Positions 60,089-63,838 of a DNA stretch of 63,838 nt are shown piece after piece. A program made the position numbers and the translations under genes. This stretch comes from Aplysia californica. Taxonomy: Eukaryota. The stretch's first letter is position 1, and every line of letters starts with the position of its first letter. The notes under the pieces are model-generated. The model had not been told where the DNA came from, searched no databases, and saw nothing but the letters and a program-made list of their open reading frames with translations. Location of the stretch: contig NW_004797281.1 in assembly GCF_000002075.1 (NCBI RefSeq), positions 365,845-429,682 on the forward strand, written 5' to 3'.

Positions 60089-61374
60089 TAAATAAAATTA
60101 AATGAAATGAAATAGAACCAATTACAGTAGTAGATAAAAAATTGCATCATAAAAGTTGGAAGTGCATGTCTAAAACGTAACAAGTTCGACTTGCTGCGCA
60201 GTCAGCAGCTTTCGGGGGAGTTTTAAACTGTAATTAGTAAATTACACACGTATTGGGCAAACGAGTCGTCTGTTTATCTCTACAGTAAAATTGGGTCTAT
60301 CTACAATGCTGCTCATCGTTTTTCTCAGCATAAGCGGCAACTTTCATGAAAGAAAAACCTCCCCTGGACATGTTGGTGCATGATCTGGTCAAGCATTAGA
60401 TCGTTGTGTACATTTTGTATTTGTTCCGAATCCGGTTTGTACTGTCGTTATTCCCCTCCAATATATCACCAGTCTCGCTACAGTCGAAAGTACGCAACCC
60501 CCCCCCCCCCTTGCCCCTCATTTAACGTATAAGATTGAATAACGCGGAAAAGAGGATAAAGGCACTTTAGATGAAATGTTTCTGCAAACTCTTTGGTATC
60601 TCGTATGGAGATTAGCTGATAACCAATCGGGTAGTGGGAACTAGAATTGGAAACACCATTGGGCCGTATGAAGACCTTCTGACTTCAGTGATGCCGGTAC
60701 GTCACGTTAATCAATCATCTAGACTGGCCAAAATTACCCACTATCCTACAGGAAACAGCACACGGTGGCAAGCAAAGAAGCAGATAGGAACGAAGAAGAA
60801 AGTATAGAGGAAACAACGGGATAACAACATCAAAGAATGAACGGGCTGGGATTGGAACACCATACATACGGCGAAATGCTAATACTAATCAAAATACAAA
60901 TAACGCAAAAAAGTGGGCCTGCTAATTAAATCTAATTTAGGACAGCTAAATGTTACATGTTACACTGCTGTACTCGTATGAAAATTGTCAACATCATTTC
61001 CACAAACGTCTAAGTTAGATCTAGTATTTTTTATTTTTTTGTTTATGTAATCTTTTCAAAAAAATTATTTTATTTTGAAGTTTTAATAAAAATTAAAGAA
61101 AAAGAGAATGACACAACAGAACATTGTTCTGGGCACACGTTATTTTTCAATCAAAAACTGGGAAGGAAATAACGTAACAAAATGAAAATAAATTATCATG
61201 TAAAACACCTTTTGATATTTTTATTGAAATTAAATATCAACTTTATCTGGAAACCCCCAGAAACTGATTTGGGCGATTGAAGGGTGATTATGGCGAAATA
61301 ATATTGCTCACAGCCTTACCTTTGGCACAAGAAGAAATTGCAATCAAAGCGAAGAGTGCTGCCAGAAGTGCCAT
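59253..61374 (-). CDS. Secreted protein with signal peptide and one gastropod FREP/VIgL-type immunoglobulin-like domain (~161 aa)
   Basis: Exon 1 61374-61320, MALLAALFALIAISSCAK, G|GTAAGG phase 1. Exon 2 59683-59253 after a tttcag acceptor: AESEPRFVVSPNEINPGKTSELTVRCSIP...YVELRIFNPAWATDAWFRCQTLGMDDIGHAV...VKV*. Cys spacing and the C-x3-G-x-D-x2-G motif resemble FREP IgSF domains. Confidence 0.78.
60023..60087. repeat. (CA)n microsatellite
   Basis: direct. Confidence 0.95.
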
Positions 61375-63838
61375 GATTTTACCGCCCGTTAGACCGTTTA
61401 CTCTAGCGTCAAGAATGACTGTGCCTGAACGTCTGCTAGTTCAAGGTTTAAGTAGGGCCTACCTGGTGGTCCAGTTTTTAAAATATTTATTTAGTATTCG
61501 TTTTTCCTTTTCTTTAAAAAAAAATATTTTTTTTTTCAGACATGCTATCTAGAAGTTTAAAAAGCACGTCAGCAATTTTGAAAACAGCACATGAATTTGT
61601 GAGGTTGCGTTTGACGCAAAAATAAATTTGACCCCCCCCCACACCCCCATACCCCCGAACCCCCCCCCCCCCCAAACCAAAACAGAAAACAAAAACTACT
61701 GCTGCCTTCGAATAAAAGTCTGATATTGCTTAACTCTTTGTGAGCGTTGTGGACACATGTTATTGTGTCATATCAGCAAAAGTTGCGGCACATTTCCAAC
61801 CATTACACGCAAATCAGAAGCACGGATTTGCACATCTCATAGTGAGCACATTGTTTCCTGCCTTTTTCTGAGTTTCTAATACAGAAAACCAAACTGAAAA
61901 TTCTGTGAGAATAACAAAGTTATGCCTCTTTAAAAATAAGTAAATGCCTCAAAGCAGCGCATCTGGAAGCGTAATAGAATGATCAGAATGCATGTCTTCA
62001 ATGAGTTAAAAGACGACATCCTGCTGGCTGTTGCTTGACAATCGGTAAGACATTTAACTGTTTCGGGCATGTCAAGTGCACCACATTGTTTACGACATAC
62101 ATGTCATTCCCAGGTTGTCCTGGCCGATAGCATGGAGATAACGTTACTTCACTCGTGTACCTTACGTTCTAGTCTGGCTCCCGAGCAGTGGGAAGACTTA
62201 CACTTACTTAATGTATTTTTCTAAACTAGGCGTCTCAAACTGCCGGCCCTCGGGACAATTGGGGCGGTGCCCCTGCTTTCGTCCCACATCTTCGTTTCAC
62301 TACCTGTTTTCGTCCCACTTTCTTCCTCCGCGATTTTACCCAATTTCGTCCCACATTTGCAATCGTAGAGTGTATCCGATTACCCTTCTATTCCTACCTN
62401 NNNNNNNNNNNNNNNNNNNNNNNNNNNNNNNNNNNNNNNNNNNNNNNNNNNNNNNNNNNNNNNNNNNNNNNNNNNNNNNNNNNNNNNNNNNNNNNNNNNN
62501 NNNNNNNNNNNNNNNNNNNNNNNNNNNNNNNNNNNNNNNNNNNNNNNNNNNNNNNNNNNNNNNNNNNNNNNNNNNNNNNNNNNNNNNNNNNNNNNNNNNN
62601 NNNNNNNNNNNNNNNNNNNNNNNNNNNNNNNNNNNNNNGGGGGTAGGTGTGTGTGTGTTTGTCTTTCTCTCCCCCTCCCCCCTCTCTCTCTGATGTTCCG
62701 GTATGATGATATTCTAGGCAGAGGAGTTTCATATTTTTATCTCTGCGATTTTCTCGAAATTTTAGCCTATCATCTCATGAGTCAGTGGTAGACTGACTGT
62801 AAACAATGCGTAAAGTTTTGCCCTAGATTTATAAAACTTTAAACAATAGTTTTAATGCGATTACTTTTTTAAACCGAAGCTGTTTTATCGGAGACATTAA
62901 TTTATTCTGCAAACTTCTAAAACAAACTTTCATCTACCACGAAATCCTACTTCCAGCCCCCTGTCGATGTGATTATAAACAATGATTTTTCCCCTCACAT
63001 CGTAAAAACATTTTGAATGGCAATTGCAGTAACCGTTAAATAATTGGATCAATGTGGGATGAAAACGGGTGGGACGAAATTCAAAAATTTAAATGTTATG
63101 TGACGAAAATGGGCAGGCCTACTTTCAATTGAGACCTGTACAGGATGACAGTAAAATGTGCAGCCCTTGCAACATGTATTTAAAATACGGTTAGATCTAG
63201 ATCTCGATTCATCGACACCACTTCTCGCTTCTCGCTACACTTTCAAACCGTTAGAATCACAAGAGTGAACAAGAAGACAGAGAAATTGAGTTATGCAGTT
63301 CACAATAACTTCAAAATTAATTCCTACCAAACTAAAAATTATGTTTAATGTGTCTTGCGCGTTTATATGACCGTATTCAGTTACGAGCGCCCAAAAACAA
63401 TTACCAAAACAAAACACTTTGAGAACAATATTAACTCATTGGACCCGAGGATTCGGGTCAGTCGACAATATTGGCACATGCACAGTTTTGGCTCACTTTA
63501 ACCTATTCTCTGCTACTGCTACGGCGACGTAGAATTCACGTCTCACAACATGCAAACTACGAAGTACGTCAATTCGTGTTTTTTGGTGATTCGAAGTGCC
63601 GCAACATTACATTTGGTCTACTTGACTCATCTATGACTTGACTGGACATAATCACATATTGTATATTGCGTGTATCCCCCAGGACCTTGAAGAGTTAAAG
63701 AAAGGACTTGATAAACATAATAAGACTACCAGTGACTTTTTGCTAGCCGGGAGACTCAATCGTCGTATACTCTTTTTGTCCCTTGCTCATTTCTATAAAA
63801 CTGACTTCATCTAATTAGCAGAAAAAGGTGCGTAAGAT

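Noticed and set aside
62227-63140. Possible hAT-like MITE (taggcgtctcaa ... ttgagacctgta)
   Set aside because: TIR match is imperfect, no 8-bp TSD was found, and a gap lies inside.

Overview
AT-rich, gapped, intron-containing animal genomic DNA, most likely a gastropod mollusc (FREP-type Ig domain, Nin-core SINEs). Four spliced genes can be rebuilt by hand with consistent splice phases. (1) GDAP2 (macro + CRAL-TRIO/Sec14; minus strand, 12 coding exons, CDS 22604->9944, 501 aa). (2) A two-exon MADF + BESS-like gene (plus, 25955-28544, 280 aa) lying head-to-head with GDAP2; its 3' flank carries what looks like a decayed, convergent Harbinger transposase tail. (3) A single-domain hexokinase (minus, 12 coding exons, 52272->36603, 472 aa) with one GC-AG intron and substitutions in the sugar-binding pocket. 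(4) A small secreted protein with one FREP/VIgL-type Ig domain (minus, 61374->59253, about 161 aa). A frameshifted SLC16/MCT-like fragment sits between gaps near 57.4 kb. Introns and UTRs are crowded with SINEs sharing LINE-type tails, truncated LINEs (I/Nimb, RTE, L2) and MITEs (pogo/Tigger, piggyBac, MULE), several with clear target-site duplications and nesting. No CRISPR array, rRNA or true tRNA gene was found. Repeat coordinates are approximate unless a TSD is quoted.
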